The position numbers and the translations under genes were made by a program. The notes under the pieces are model-generated. The model saw only the letters and a program-made list of their open reading frames with translations, ran no database searches and was not told the origin of the DNA. Source: the human T2T-CHM13v2.0 reference genome, Homo sapiens. Taken from it: a stretch of DNA of 64,000 nt. Positions 24,781 to 37,900 of the stretch are shown here, piece after piece. Within the stretch, counting starts at the first letter, position 1. Each line of letters opens with the position of its first letter. Where the stretch lies: the NCBI RefSeq assembly GCF_009914755.1, contig NC_060926.1. The stretch is one strand, 5' to 3'.

Positions 24781-26312
24781 CTCTTTCCATTTTTATAGAT
24801 TTTTAGTACAATTCTTGGGCCCTGATTGCCCATTGATTCTTTTTTAGCTATGGATCTTGGGATCCTTCAAATGTCTTGGTTAGCTCAAAATATTTTTCTA
24901 TCTATGATGCTTATCCTCCTGCTTGCAGCTCCATCCTTTATGCAAAATTGCTCTGGCTCCTTGAAATTGGTTTGTTTTTGCTGTTGTTGGTAGTTATTTG
25001 TCTTATGGTTCTGTCTTATGCATGCATTAGATTTTTCTGTCACTTGCTCCTCTTTTATTCAGAAAGTGGCCTGCTTATAGGAAGGTCGCCAGAGAACATA
25101 GATAGGCTTCTACTCTATTCTTTCACTACTCTATTAACATGGCAGTATTCAATGCTCACCATCTTGCGCACAACATTCTAGGAAAGTACAGGGTCTGCCC
25201 CCACACTCATTCAGTTTATTGTTCAAGGCCCTCTGAATAGGAAAAATACAATATGATTATTTTGGTCAAAAAAACAGAAACCACTCTAAGTATTTCAGCC
25301 AGGATGGACCTTAATTTAGAGACTTACAAGCTTGCATATCTGTTTGAAAGAATGGAGGAGCAAAGTTCAACAGCCATATAAAGTACACTGGAACGATGTT
25401 TTCTATATAGAGTATTTGTGTTTGATGATACCCTTGGTTAGACTTAGGTCATTTCCATAGTGAGTCTTCATCTATTTCTCTGCCTGTTTGCATCTTAGGA
25501 AGCGTTCAGTTCTTTTTATGAATCACTGCTTTCTGTTAGAGGCTGTAAGCGTTTTCATAAAGAATAATAGCCACTTCACCTCTGAATGGCACACTAAGGT
25601 TGGCCTAGCTGCTGGTATTGCCATTTTTCTGACAGGAAACAGTAATATTATGTTTCTTGAAGTTGCCTCCCTTTACACTGTTCCTTCAGTCTTCCTTGTT
25701 TGCTGTCACCTGACTCAAGTTGCTGAGCCACAGCTTCTTTATATCTGGCTGGGGTCCATCCTCTAATATACACCCTCTAATGGTGAGTTGCAGTGAGCGG
25801 AGCCTCAGTGCTGTGAACTGGCTGTGCTCCAGGCTTCAGCTGCTGACAAATCTTCCTTGGCATTTGATGTTAAGTATAGCTCTCAGATGATGACTACTTT
25901 TTTTGAAGCTGCATGCAACATTTTGATAGGCTGTTATTATAAACCAGAACCTAAGACTAGAAACAGGAATGGGAAGGAATTTTCCATGCAAAGAAGCCCG
26001 TTAGCAGGGGTTGTTCTTTTCTGTATTCATTAATGTAGAGTCTAAAGATTTTTAGCAGAATGTGATCCAAAAATCAGAAAAGACAGTCTAGGGCACAGTC
26101 ACCCTCAGGGTGGCTTAAATTTGTGGCCTTGGCAAGCAGCATTACCAGAAACCTCAGACAGCCTTTCACCTAGGATGTCTTTGAAAATATGGATAGTTAT
26201 CTGTCATGTATACCTTCAAGAGAAAGTATTGCCTGATATGGACATACAGGAAAGAAAAATGTCAATTGACTCCAGCAGTGATCAATATCCCTCACTTTTA
26301 TTAACTTCATGC

Positions 26313-26529
26313 CAGTGTTTCCCAAAGTGCTCTTCAAACTTTGAACCTTTAGATATATTCCATAAAAGGCTTTCATGGTCAAAATAGTTTGGGAAATGCT
26401 GTAATTTTTACCTACATCTAGGGACTCACAGTTAGCATTACAAAACGTATGACAAGTCTTGCAGTAACAAAACCTTTTTAATTTTGTTTAACTTAGCACC
26501 CTCTTCGTTTTTCTTTTTTTGATCACAGG
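26313..26529 (+). mobile_element. MER103C-like hAT element, interrupted by L1PA
   Basis: cagtgtttcccaaagtg...ggtcaaaatagtttgggaaatgctg...agtcttgcagtaa...ttgtttaac. Confidence 0.7.
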
Positions 26530-26953
26530 CTTTTTTTTCATTTTTTAAATTATACTTTAAGTTCTGGGATACACGTGCAGAACGTGCAGGTTTGTTACAC
26601 AGGTAAACATGTGCCATGGTGGTTTGCTGCACCCATCAAGCCATCATCTACAATAGGTATTTCTCCTAATTCTATACCTCCCCTTGCCCTCCACCCACCA
26701 ACAGGCCCTGATGTGTGGTCCCCCTTCCTGTGCCCATATGTTCTCATTGTTCAACTCCCAGTTATAAGTGAGAACATGCAGTGTTTGGTTTTCTGTTCCT
26801 GTGTTTGTTTGCTGAAAATGATGGTTTCCGCTTCATCTATGTCCCTGCAAAGGACATGAAATTTTTTTTATGGCCACATAGTATTCCATGCTGTACATGT
26901 GCCACATTTTCTTTATCCAGTCTAATATTGATGGGATTTTGGGTTGATTCCAT
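26530..26953 (-). mobile_element. 5'-truncated L1PA7/8-like 3' end
   Basis: attatactttaagttctgggatacacgtgcagaacgtgcaggtttgttacacaggtaaacatgtgccatggtggtttgctgc. Confidence 0.9.
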
Positions 26954-27129
26954 TTTACCTCTGTATCACTTTGATGAACTCTTGTTGAGAACTGAGATTA
27001 CTACCCCTTCCCCCCAATTATCTCCTGTGGGCAACTATTTTATTCTAGATGACTATACCTGAGGTTTCTGAACTTATTCTGAGCATTGGCTCCCATGGCA
27101 GTCAGGTACATTAACACCTTCCAAAAATA

Positions 27130-28235
27130 ATTTTTTCTCTTGCTTATTTCAAGGTTTTCTCCTTGACTTTCAGCATCTTTACTATGATGTGTTTGTTTGT
27201 GAATGTCTTCATATTTCACTTGCTTAGAGTTTGCTGAGCTTCCTGGATATGTAGATGGCTATTTTCCAGTAAATTTTCAGAAGTGGTCAGCCATTATTTC
27301 TTTGAGTATTTTTTCTTATTCTCTTTCTTCTCTCTTTCTGGTACTCCCAAAAGTACCAGATTCATTTATGTGGGCGTTGGTCCGCTATTGGCGCCTACAT
27401 TCCTCTGAGGCTCTGTTCATTTTTCTTCATTCTTTTTACTGTCTGTTCGTTGTTTTGCATAATCTCATCACAACCTTTACTGTTCCTGAGGGTCCTCTTA
27501 GGTTACAACTTTTCCATACTCTGTCTCAAATGCAGTTGATTTCTTTGGGAAGAAATTAGGAGCTGTTTTTTTCGTTTTGTTTTGTTTTTTCTTTTTTAAT
27601 GGCCTGCTTCTCCCCACAGGTAACGTGTCTAACAGGACCTCTGGAGCTCAAGGTTGGGCAATGTAAACTTCTTTCTGAGTGACATCCCCTGTCTAGGATC
27701 TGAGTGCTCAGTGGAGGGGAGTCAGCAGGCTAAGGTCTTCTGGGCTTGCTTCTCCTGGCATAGAACCACCATCTCGAGTTGGAGAAAAGGCTACTGGGGT
27801 CTCAATATTTTCACTGCACCGTGCCAGAAGTAGAGCATTTATTCCACCATGGGGGAAAAAGGGAGCCCTCATCTCCCATCAACACTCAACTGGAATTTGA
27901 CCTCAGCAATAAACCTTCGGAAGTAAGCTGAGAAACGCTGAAGTCCTGCTCTTCCTGGGAAGGAAGCTTTCTGGTTGGGCAGAAAGGCATCCCTATGTTC
28001 TTTGCTGCAGCAGTGTGGAGTTGCTGATCTGGGAGAGGGAAGGGAGGGAGAAGTCTTAGTTCAAATACCGCAGGCTCTTGCCTTTCTTACAGAATTTTGG
28101 CAGATTTTCTTGATGTTTCTTCATTTTCTGTTTGCCCATTGGACCATTTCCAGAGTCTCTGAATGGTTGTTTTTCATAATAATTTTAATCAATTTTATTG
28201 GTGAAATGAAGCTCCTCATACTGTCATGCTAGAAG
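27130..28235 (-). mobile_element. Old L1M (L1MC/L1M4-like) ORF1 and 5' region
   Basis: ttttctcttgct..ttcaag..tttctc...gctgagcttcctggat...tcagccattatttcttt antisense ORF1, followed by GC-richer 5'UTR-like sequence. Confidence 0.6.
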
Positions 28236-28249
28236 TCAGTTTTTCAGAT

Positions 28250-28655
28250 TAGATTTTAAATACATAAAACACATACAATTATAAAATAAGCCAGCTATAT
28301 TGAAATACAGCCACCAAAAGTTTTTAAAGTTGTGGCATAGTACTTATTTGTTGATATATTAAATACTGTCTGGCTGTGTTCTAATAACTACCTTAATTTA
28401 AAATAGAGATGTACATAAATGAAACATATGTTTTGGGATATCTACAACAATATAATGTAATATAGAAATATCTATGATTGCTAATGATGAAAAAGTCATA
28501 GAGGTTTTAATTTCATTATGGTTTGTTGTCTACGCTCATGATTTCAGGAAATGCTGTTTCAGTTAGAGGTCAGTAAAAATAAAAATATAAATTTTTCCAA
28601 TCTGCATTTACTGATCCCTTGAATTTTACCCACGGTCCTTTTGGGGACCAGGCAA
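28250..28655. mobile_element. hAT-Charlie (Charlie2-like) fragment
   Basis: tttcagttagaggtcagtaaaaataaaaatata...cccttgaattttacccacgg resembles the recalled Charlie2 end. Confidence 0.55.
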
Positions 28656-28769
28656 AGATTTCACATAAGATTTTAGATCATCACAGAATCGAGAGACCTT
28701 TGAACAATCCATTTGTCCTGTGACCCTAGGAATTGCTCTGATTCTTCAATTTTTAATGGTAAATGAAAA

Positions 28770-28960
28770 CAACCTGTAGGAATTTTGAGGTTCTCTGAAG
28801 TCTTGCATGAACCTTTCTTGGAAAGCCATGATCTCTGTCTATCACCAGCTTTGTCACTTCTCTGCATCCTCTGATGGGAGTAACCTTGGAAATGATGGCA
28901 GAAGCATAGACAAGGAATTTTGAAAAAGGATACATCATTTCCATTGTTGTAACAAGAGAC
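28770..28960 (-). mobile_element. Possible L3/CR1 RT fragment
   Basis: Minus-strand catggctttccaagaaaggttcatgcaagact resembles the CR1 QHGF..KSC coding region. Confidence 0.35.
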
Positions 28961-29262
28961 CTATCAGTGGTTTTAGAAAAATAGTACTGACTCTGGAATG
29001 TGCAAATCTGGGGGATTTAAGCTGTAAATATCAAGCAAAACAAAGAGATTTAAGGTTAAGAAAAAGTGTTTAAATAATATTGCCTACTAAAATTTTAGTC
29101 TCTGTAGAACACATCTTTGTGAAAACACAGTACTTTTAGAAATTGACTATAATTCACTTATATAATCTCTGTAAAAGAGAAATTTATCCACATCTTATAT
29201 GATGGAGAAAAAAAGTATTCTTTGGTCGTTGCTCATTTCTATCCTTTACTTCAATAACTCAG

Positions 29263-29589
<327 letters not shown>

Positions 29590-29849
29590 CTATGATACAA
29601 AGTTTCTTTTAGAATTACTTCCTACAGGTTTTATGTAACAGCAGTTTGTGTGGGAAGCTTAGTTAATGCTGTTTGTCTATATACATATGCAGTTTTACTT
29701 TCACCACCATCGCCATCAGATATATCATTTCAAAAATTAGTGACATGATATGAAATAAAACAAAACCTGAATGTTATTGTACCATTGTACCTTAAGCGAT
29801 TCAGATTAGATATAAAGGAGATTTTATTTTTTATTTACTTAAATATCAG

Positions 29850-30005
29850 GATTGTTAAATATTAGAAAGATGCTCTCTCTTTAAAGGTCATTTAAAAACT
29901 TCTATCTGAGGTGATTTGAGAGACCTGTTGCCTGAGGGGAGTGGGTGGGGCTGGATGACTTCTCAGTGTTTTGTCTGGCCATTTGATTTATGATTCTGTG
30001 TTCTG
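29850..30005 (+). mobile_element. MIR3/L3 3' end
   Basis: gggctggatgacttctc...tatgattctgtgttctg terminal repeat signature. Confidence 0.5.
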
Positions 30006-30468
30006 ATGTGCAAAAGCAGTTTGTTATGTTGATGTGCAAATGATCTGGCTTGAAGAAATCACATCAAAGTAATCTCTCTGTTTTAGTATTTTTCTCACTT
30101 TAAAAAATATTCTATTTTCAGAGAGATAACGGGGGCCAATTATTAGTATTTGCAGAATAGTTCACAAAATGGAAAGAAATAAAAAAAGCAAATTTTATAC
30201 TTAACTGCTGAAACTTTCTGTGGCTGAATTGGTGTGTTATTTCAGCTTTCTCTCTTGCTGCAGAGCTTTATTTCTTCAGCAGCATTAGAGGGTACCAGAA
30301 GAGTAATTTTGATGCTAGCACTGGAAAAACATATCTGTTCTTTTGGGACCAGAACTCTAACGTGATTGGTGCTCCAGGGATGTAGGAAACCCATGTAATG
30401 GTTTGCCTTTGCATGATAAAGCACCTCCTTCTTCAGGCCCTGAAAAGTCCTATGGAGATATGACTTAC

Positions 30469-30559
30469 CTGGCCCACTTGGAGGGCTGTGGATAGGATGG
30501 TATCATACTGAGAAGCCAGGATAATTGTGAGGGCCAGTGAGGCTTTAGAAGACAGACTG
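30469..30559 (-). other. Candidate spliced exon, probably non-coding
   Basis: Minus strand: ttaat branch-like motif, tttctctttttt tract, AAG/CAG tandem acceptor, and perfect donor CAG|GTAAGT (intronic GTAAGT at 30468-30463). Confidence 0.4.
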
Positions 30560-31047
30560 CTTGGGTAAAAAAGAGAAACATTAAAAAGAAATACAATAGA
30601 AGTACAATCAAAGTATCTCTTGATAAATTGAAGAGTAAAATAATAATGGTCTAATGGCTTAAGACTCAGACTGAAAATTTGGGTGCTCTAAATTCTGATC
30701 TTGTCACTGTGGTTAGCTCACGATGTATGCATCTGCACAGGCAAATCACTTCCTGCCTGAGGTGCAGTCGCTGCAGCTGAGCAAGTTCAGAAGGTGACAG
30801 CATACCTAATGAGCATACAGTATTTTGCTGTCTTGTTACAGAGTCTGTCTTAATTGGGAAAGCAGGAGAAACACCATTACTTCCTTACAGCTTTCTTCAT
30901 TCATTGCCAACACCTCCCCCAACCCTATTCACATTTGAAATCATAGAAACTAAAACTAGAGGTACCTTACATAAAAGTTATTTGACTGAAGTCTATTCAG
31001 CCAGCTGAGTGGGGGAAGAAATCATTGTCATCTTCAACAATTTCTTG

Positions 31048-31071
31048 TTTGACATTTGGCCAAATGTCAAA
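31048..31071. repeat. Perfect 24-bp palindrome
   Basis: tttgacatttggccaaatgtcaaa equals its own reverse complement. Confidence 0.97.
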
Positions 31072-31844
31072 ATAGACTACCTCTGGACTCTCCAAGATAC
31101 AGGTTCTCATAGTGCAGCTACACACTGGGGTCCAACTCAACTCCCGGCATGATGATGTTTTATTCCTCTTTTCCTCAACTTCTAAAAATGTGGCTTCTCA
31201 CCGGTACCATAAAACAACCTGGGAACACATGTGGACTTGAGATAATGCACACCCATACCCTGGCTTCAGTATGCTCACATGGTCAGAAATGCTTGGCAAC
31301 AAAAAAGCTCAGGGGTAGTGGAAGTGGAATGGAGATGGTGAATCTTCACTTGAGTTTTATTTATAGCTTGTGGCCACTTGGCATTTTTTTCCTTTCCTGG
31401 TAATTTCTCAGATTTTCCCAGCTTTTTCTTTTTGAGTCCTGATTCATTTTTTATTTTTTTTTACATTAACTCTCAAGCTTATTTATTTATATTAAAATAC
31501 ATTATTTAAGACCTCACAAATTTTTCTGAATGGATCTTCAAAGCTGAAAATAGAACACTAAGAATTTCTGGTTCAATGACACAACTCTCAAAGCACTCAG
31601 ATTCTTCTTTGGAAGAAATATAGTATACTGCCTGAATATAATAAGTGTTTATTTTCCATTTCAACAATTTTTCTAAATATGACTTTTAATTCTTCAAACA
31701 AACCACTGGAGATAATTAGATAATAAACCACTATCATAATCCAAGGTTAATCCATAATCCTGTTTCTAATGCTAATCCTCCATACATCCTTCCAAACTTT
31801 AGAGCACCGATTTCATTTTCATACCATCTTTAAGCTTTTTCTTG

Positions 31845-32060
31845 AATTTTAAAATACTTGCATTGAGTGTCTTTTCTGTGTTAGGCACTGGATTAGGTGC
31901 TGAGAAAACTATGGTGAAGGAGCCATAACATCTGCCCTTGAGCTTACAGTCTAGTGTGGAAGAATAAGAAGCAAATAGGCATTGCAAACAGAGGGATGAA
32001 TACTTTTGAGACTTTGTGACATTAGCACAAACAAAAGAACCCTGATTCTTCCCACGATGT
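31845..32060 (-). mobile_element. L2 3' fragment
   Basis: ttgagtgtc...tgtgttaggcactggattaggtgctg...gagcttacagtctagtg. Confidence 0.7.
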
Positions 32061-32177
32061 CAAAAAAATGCTTAGGACTACCCTATATCCTAAGTAACTC
32101 CCAGTCAAGTCTACTGCTGTTCACCTTTTTCTGCCAAATGATTCCATAGGACATTTGCTCTCTCTGCTATCTTATTG

Positions 32178-32544
32178 GTTACAATTAACTGAATACTTAT
32201 GTTACTCCAAAATTTATATGTTGAAATCCTAAACCCCAAGCTTATGGTATTAGGAGGTGGAGCCTTTGGGAGATGATTAGGTCATAAAGGTGGCGTTCTC
32301 ATATTGGGATTAGGGCCCTTATAAAAGAGGCCCCAGAGAGCTAGCTGACCCCTTCTACCATGTGAGCTCACAGCTAGAGGGTACTATCTATGAACCAGAA
32401 AGCAGTCCCTCACCAGACACCAAATGCTCCAGCACCTTGAACATGGACTTCCCAGCCTCCAGAACTGTGAGGAATACATGTCTGTTGTTTATAAGCTACC
32501 CAGTTTTTGGTATTTTGTTTTAGGAGTCTAAATGGACTAAGAAA
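32178..32544 (+). mobile_element. MLT1A0-like MaLR LTR
   Basis: atatgttgaaatcctaa...ccctcaccagacacc...ggacttcccagcctccagaactgtgag...ggactaaga. Confidence 0.88.
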
Positions 32545-32559
32545 CTGGTCAATTTATTA

Positions 32560-33390
32560 CCTCTATCATCCAGGCTTCTGCTCTTACCCTCCCACTGCTG
32601 CTATTTATCATTAAAGACCACCTTCTAAAGGCCAAATCCAGAGTCTTTTTCTCCATCATATTTCTTCTTGACTTAATGAAGCACTCATCATTGCTGACCA
32701 GCCCACGGTCATTGGCTGAATCCTTGTGCAGCAGCCTAATGTGTTTTACATTCATCTTTGTCCCTGTTCTTCCCAAGATGTTAATCATCCTCTCCAGCCT
32801 CAGCTCTGCTCCTGAGTGCCAATGTTCATTTTACATTGAACATTTCCCCATAGATATTCTGCCAAACTGTACACTCTGGGTATAAATTTCAAACTCATTA
32901 TGTTTTGGCTGTTAAAGTAAACTTCAAAAAGCATATCCTTGATATAGAGTTTCTCTTAAAAAATCTTTAATATCTGTTCATTGTCTATTGAATTATATAC
33001 ACAGCCTCCAGCATAACATTCGAGGTCTTACATGATTGATATATCCTCAAGCCAGGCTTTCAGTCTTCTTTTTTATGACTTTCAACACACATCCTATTCC
33101 AAAGACCAAGTTAAGAGATTGCTGCATTTTAAATATGCCCATAGTATTCTGCTTCCATTCTTTTGCTCCTGGTTGTTTCTTGGACTGCAGTTCTATTTAC
33201 TCCTACATCCTTCTGTCAAAATGCAGCTACTCTTTCAAGGCACTCCCAGTAGTCACCTGTTCCATGAAATTTCCCTATCCTACCCAAAGAGTTATCTTTC
33301 CTTTTTTAGAACGCTATAGCATGTTGTCTCTTTTCCCATCATATTCCTCTATCATATATAAATGTAATATAGTTTTCTAATATACTGCAT
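32560..33390 (+). mobile_element. Degenerate L2 fragments
   Basis: gccaaatccag...cttgactt...ctccagcctcagctctgctcctgag...cagctactctttcaagg; seems to resume near 40378 after the L1. Confidence 0.55.
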
Positions 33391-33944
33391 ATCTTTCTTA
33401 ACTTTATTTTTGATTGATACAAAATAGATGTACATGTTTTGGGGGTATATGTGATAATTTAGCATATTCCTATAATTTGTAAAGATCAAATCAGTATAAT
33501 TGGGATATCCATCACCTTAAATGGTTGTTTTTCTTTACACTAGAAATAATCAAGTTATTCTCTTCTATATATTTTGAAATATACAATAGATTATTATAAA
33601 CTATAGTCACCCTACTGATCTATCAAACACTAGTTTTTTTTCTATCAAAGTTTATATTTGTACCCATTGATCAACCTCTCTTCATTCCCCCTGCCTCCTA
33701 TCCCTCCTAGCCTCTGGTAACCACAAATCTACTACCTGTCTTCATGAGATTCACTTTTTTTTTAGCTCCCATATATGAGTGAAAACATGCAATATTTGTC
33801 TTTCTGTGCTTGGCTCGTTTCATTTAGCATAGTGACTTCCAGTTCCATCCATGCAGCTGCAAGTAACAGGATTTATTTTTTTATGACTAAATAATCCATT
33901 GTGTATATATGTCATATTTTTCTTATCCATTTATCCCTTTATGG

Positions 33945-34295
33945 TGCCCATAAAGATTAAGAAAAATTCAGAAATCCTAAGAGTGTGGTTCAGTGAATTT
34001 TTGCACAAAGAAGACCGTGTAGCCAGCATATCCCAGAGCACCACCTGAGAGGCACTCTATCCTGTCTCCCAGTTGTTTCCCCCTGCCCCAAGGAAGGTCA
34101 TTATCCTGACTTCTAACACTATAGATTAATTACACCTGTTGTTGAGTTTATATGAACAGTGTGTGTTCTTTCGCACAATATTACATTTGTGAAATTTATC
34201 AGTGGTATTGTTGCATGTAGATATATGTAAGTATATCTTGTACATTTTCATTGATGTATAATCTATTGTGTCAATAGAATACAATTTATGTATTA
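33945..34295 (-). mobile_element. L1ME-like 3'UTR fragment embedded in the L1MA
   Basis: ttcagtgaatttt...cattatcctgacttctaacactatagattaatt...ctgtt.ttga..ttatat resembles the recalled L1ME3 3' end. Host L1MA reads atgg|ggcacttagg across it. Confidence 0.7.
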
Positions 34296-34876
34296 GGCAC
34301 TTAGGTTGATTCCACATTTTGGCTATGGTGAATAGTGCTACAGTAAAACATGGGAGTGCAGATATCTCTTCCATATATTGATTTTGTTTCTTTTGGATAT
34401 ATACCCAGTAATGAAATTACTGGATCATATAGGTAGCTCTATTGTTTTAGTTTCTTGAGGAGCCTCCATGTAGTTGTCCATAGTGGCTATACTAATTTAC
34501 ATTCCTACTGACAGTTTATGAGGGTTCCCCTTCCTCCATATCCTTACCGGTATGTTATTCCCTATCTTTTTGATAAAAGCCATTTAAACTGGTGTAAGAT
34601 GATATCTCATGGTTTTAATTTGCATTTTTCTGATAATAGGGATGTGGAGCATTTTTTCATGTACCTGTTGTCCATTTGTTTGTCTTTTTTGAGAAATGTC
34701 TATTCATATCTTTTGCCCATTTATAAATTGTATTATTATTATTTGCTATTGAGTTGCTTGAACTCCTTATATGTTCTGATTATTTATCTCTTGTTAGATA
34801 GGTTGGAAATATTTTCCTTCATTATGTGGGTTGTTTCTTCATTTTTTTGATTGTTTCCTTCGCTGCACAAAAGCTT

Positions 34877-34983
34877 ATTTATTTATTTATTTGAGACAGA
34901 GTCTCATTCTGTTGCCCAGGCTGGAGTGCAGTGGCAGGATCTTGGCTTACTGCAACCTCCCCCTCTCGGGTTCAAGTGATTCT
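34877..34983 (-). mobile_element. Short 5'-truncated Alu (right-arm 3' end)
   Basis: (attt)n tail then gagacagagtctcattctgttgcccaggctggagtgcagtggc; TSD-like gcacaaaagctt / ggacaaaggctt. Confidence 0.9.
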
Positions 34984-37900
34984 TATGGACAAAGGCTTTG
35001 TAACTTGATGTAATTCCTTATTCTATTTTTGATTTGATTGCCTATTGCCCATGCTTTTGATGTTTTACACAAAAAATATTTGCCCAAATGTTCTGAAGCA
35101 TTTCCCTAAAATTTTTTTTTATAGCTTCATAGTCTTAGATCTAGGTCTTTAATCCACATTGATTTTATTTTTGAATATGACAAGAGATAGGGGTCTAGTT
35201 TCCTTCTTCTGCATGTAGTTATTCAGTTTCCCAGCACCATTTATTGAAGAGACTGTCATTTCCCCGTTGTATATTCTTGGCACCTTTGTCAAAAAATGGG
35301 TTGTCTGTAAATGCATGGAATCATATCTGGGTTCTCTATTCTGTTCCATTGGTCTATGAGTCGGTCTTTATGTCTGTGCCATGCTATTTTAGTTACTATA
35401 GCTTTGTAGTATATTTGAAGTCCAGTGGTGTCATGCCTCCAGATTTGTTCTTTTTGTTCCAGATTGCTTTGGCTATTCTGGGTCTTTTGTTGTTCCATAT
35501 ATATTTTAAGGCCTTTTTTTTTCTATTTATGTGAAGAGTGTCATTGGTATTTTGACAGGGATTACATTGAATCTGTAAGTTCCTTTGTGTACAATCGTCA
35601 CTTTAATAATATCAGTTCTTCCAATACATGGACATAGAATATCTTCCCATTTTTTTGTGTTCTTATTTGTTCAGTGTTTTATAGTTTTCCTTGTATATAC
35701 CTTTCACTTATTTGGTTAAATATATTCCTAGGTATTTTATATTCTTCATAGTGATTATAAATGGGATTGCTTTCTTGATTTCTTTTTCAGATTGTTGCTG
35801 TTGGCATAGATAAATGCTACTGATTTTTGTATGTTGATTTTATATCCTGCAACTTTACTGAATTTGTTTATCGTTCTAACAGTTCTTTTTGGTTGAGTGT
35901 TTAGAATTTTCTGAGTATAAGATTATGCCATCTGCAAAGAAGGCTAATTTGACTTCTTCCTTCTCAAATTGGATGCTCTTTATCTCTTTCTCTTGCCTAA
36001 TTTCTCTATCCAGGACTTCCAGTATTGTATAGAATAAAAGTGGTAATAGTGGACATCCTTGTCTTGTTTTAGATCTTAAAAGAAACCATTTTAATATTTC
36101 CCTATTTGGTATGATGTTAGCTTTGGGTTTGTTGTATATGACCTTTATTATGTTGAAGTATGTTCCTTCTATACCCAGTTTACTGAAGGTTTTGGTTATG
36201 AAGGAATTTTGAATATTATTAAGTGCTTTTTCTGCATCTATTGAAATAACTATATAGTATTTTGTTTTCATTTTTGTTAATATGATGTATTGTATTCATT
36301 GATCTGAGTACATTGAACTATCCTTGTACCCCTGGGATGAATCCCACTTGATCATGGTGAATGATCTTTTCAATGTGTTGTTGAATTGTCTACTAGCGTT
36401 TTGTTGAGAATTTTTACATTTATGTTCCTTAGACATATTGTTCTGTAGTTTTTATTTTTTTTGATGTGTCTTTGTCTAGCTTGGTATTAGTGTGATGCTG
36501 TCCTCATCAATTGAATTTGGAGTATTTATATCTTCTAAATTTTTTTGAAGAGTTTGAGTAGAATTGGTGGTGTTGATTCTTCTTTGAATGTTTTGTAGAA
36601 TTCGGCAGTGAAGCTATCAGGTTCTGTGCTTTACTTTGATGAGAGGCTTTTCATTATGAGTTCATTGTCATTACTTATTATTGGCTTGTTGAAGCTATTT
36701 CTTTGTGGTTTAATCTTGGTAGGTTGTATGTGTCCAGGAATGTACATATTGATTCTAGGTTTTCCAATTTGTTGCTGTACAGTTATTCAAAATAGTCTCT
36801 GTCTCTAATGATTCTTTATATTTCTGTGGTCACAGTTGTTATGTCTCTTTTTTGTTGTTTCTGATTTTATTTATTTGAGTATTCTCTTTTTTTTATTCTT
36901 AGCTAAAGATTTGTCAATTTTATTTATCTTTTCAAAAGTCTAACTTTTGTTTCATTAGTCTTTGTTTTTTTAGTGTCAATTTCATTTATTTCTGCTCTTG
37001 TTTTTATTATTTATTTTCTTCACCTAATTTTGGGTGTAATTTGTTCTTTTCTAGTTTCTTGAGGTGTATGATTAAGTTACTTATTTGAAGTCTTTCCACT
37101 CTTCTGATACAGGCATTTATTGCAATAAGCTTCCCTCTTAGTACTGCTTCTGCAGTATCCCATAGATTTTTGAATGATGTATTTTCATTTACATTTATTT
37201 CAAGAAATTATTTAGTATTATTCTTAATTTCTTCATTGGCCCACTGGTTGTTCAGAAGCATGTTGTTTAATTTCCATCTGTTTGCATGTTTTTAGTTTAT
37301 TCCCTTGTGAGCAGAAAAGATACTTGATATTTCTACCTTTTTGAATTTGTTGAGACTTGTTTTGTGGTCTGAGATGTGATCTACTCTGGAGAACATTCCA
37401 TCTACTGGTGAAAATAATGTGTATTCTGCAGCAGTTGGATGAAATGTTCTATAAATGTTTGTGAGGCTTCTTTGGTCTAGAGTGCAGTTTAACTTGAATA
37501 TTTCTTTGTTGATTTTCTGTCTGGATGACCTGTTCACTACTGATAGTGAGGTGTTGAAGTCTCCTACTATTATTGTACTGAAGTCTATCTCTTCCATTAG
37601 ATCTGTTGATGTTTACTTTATATAGTTTGGAGATCTGGTGTTGGGTGCATAGATTCGTATGCTTTGACTTATAGTTTTATTTTTCAAAGTGTTGCTGCTC
37701 TTGCCCTTTTTTGGTTTCCAGTTACATGGAATATTTTTTCCACTCCTTCACTTTCAGTGTATGTGTGTCTTTGTGGGTGAAGCAGATTTCTAGTAGGCAG
37801 TATATAGTTGTGTCTCATTCCTTTATCCATTCAGTTTATTTTTTTAATTGGAAAATTGAGTCCATTTACATTGCATGTTATTGATAAATAAGGACTTACT

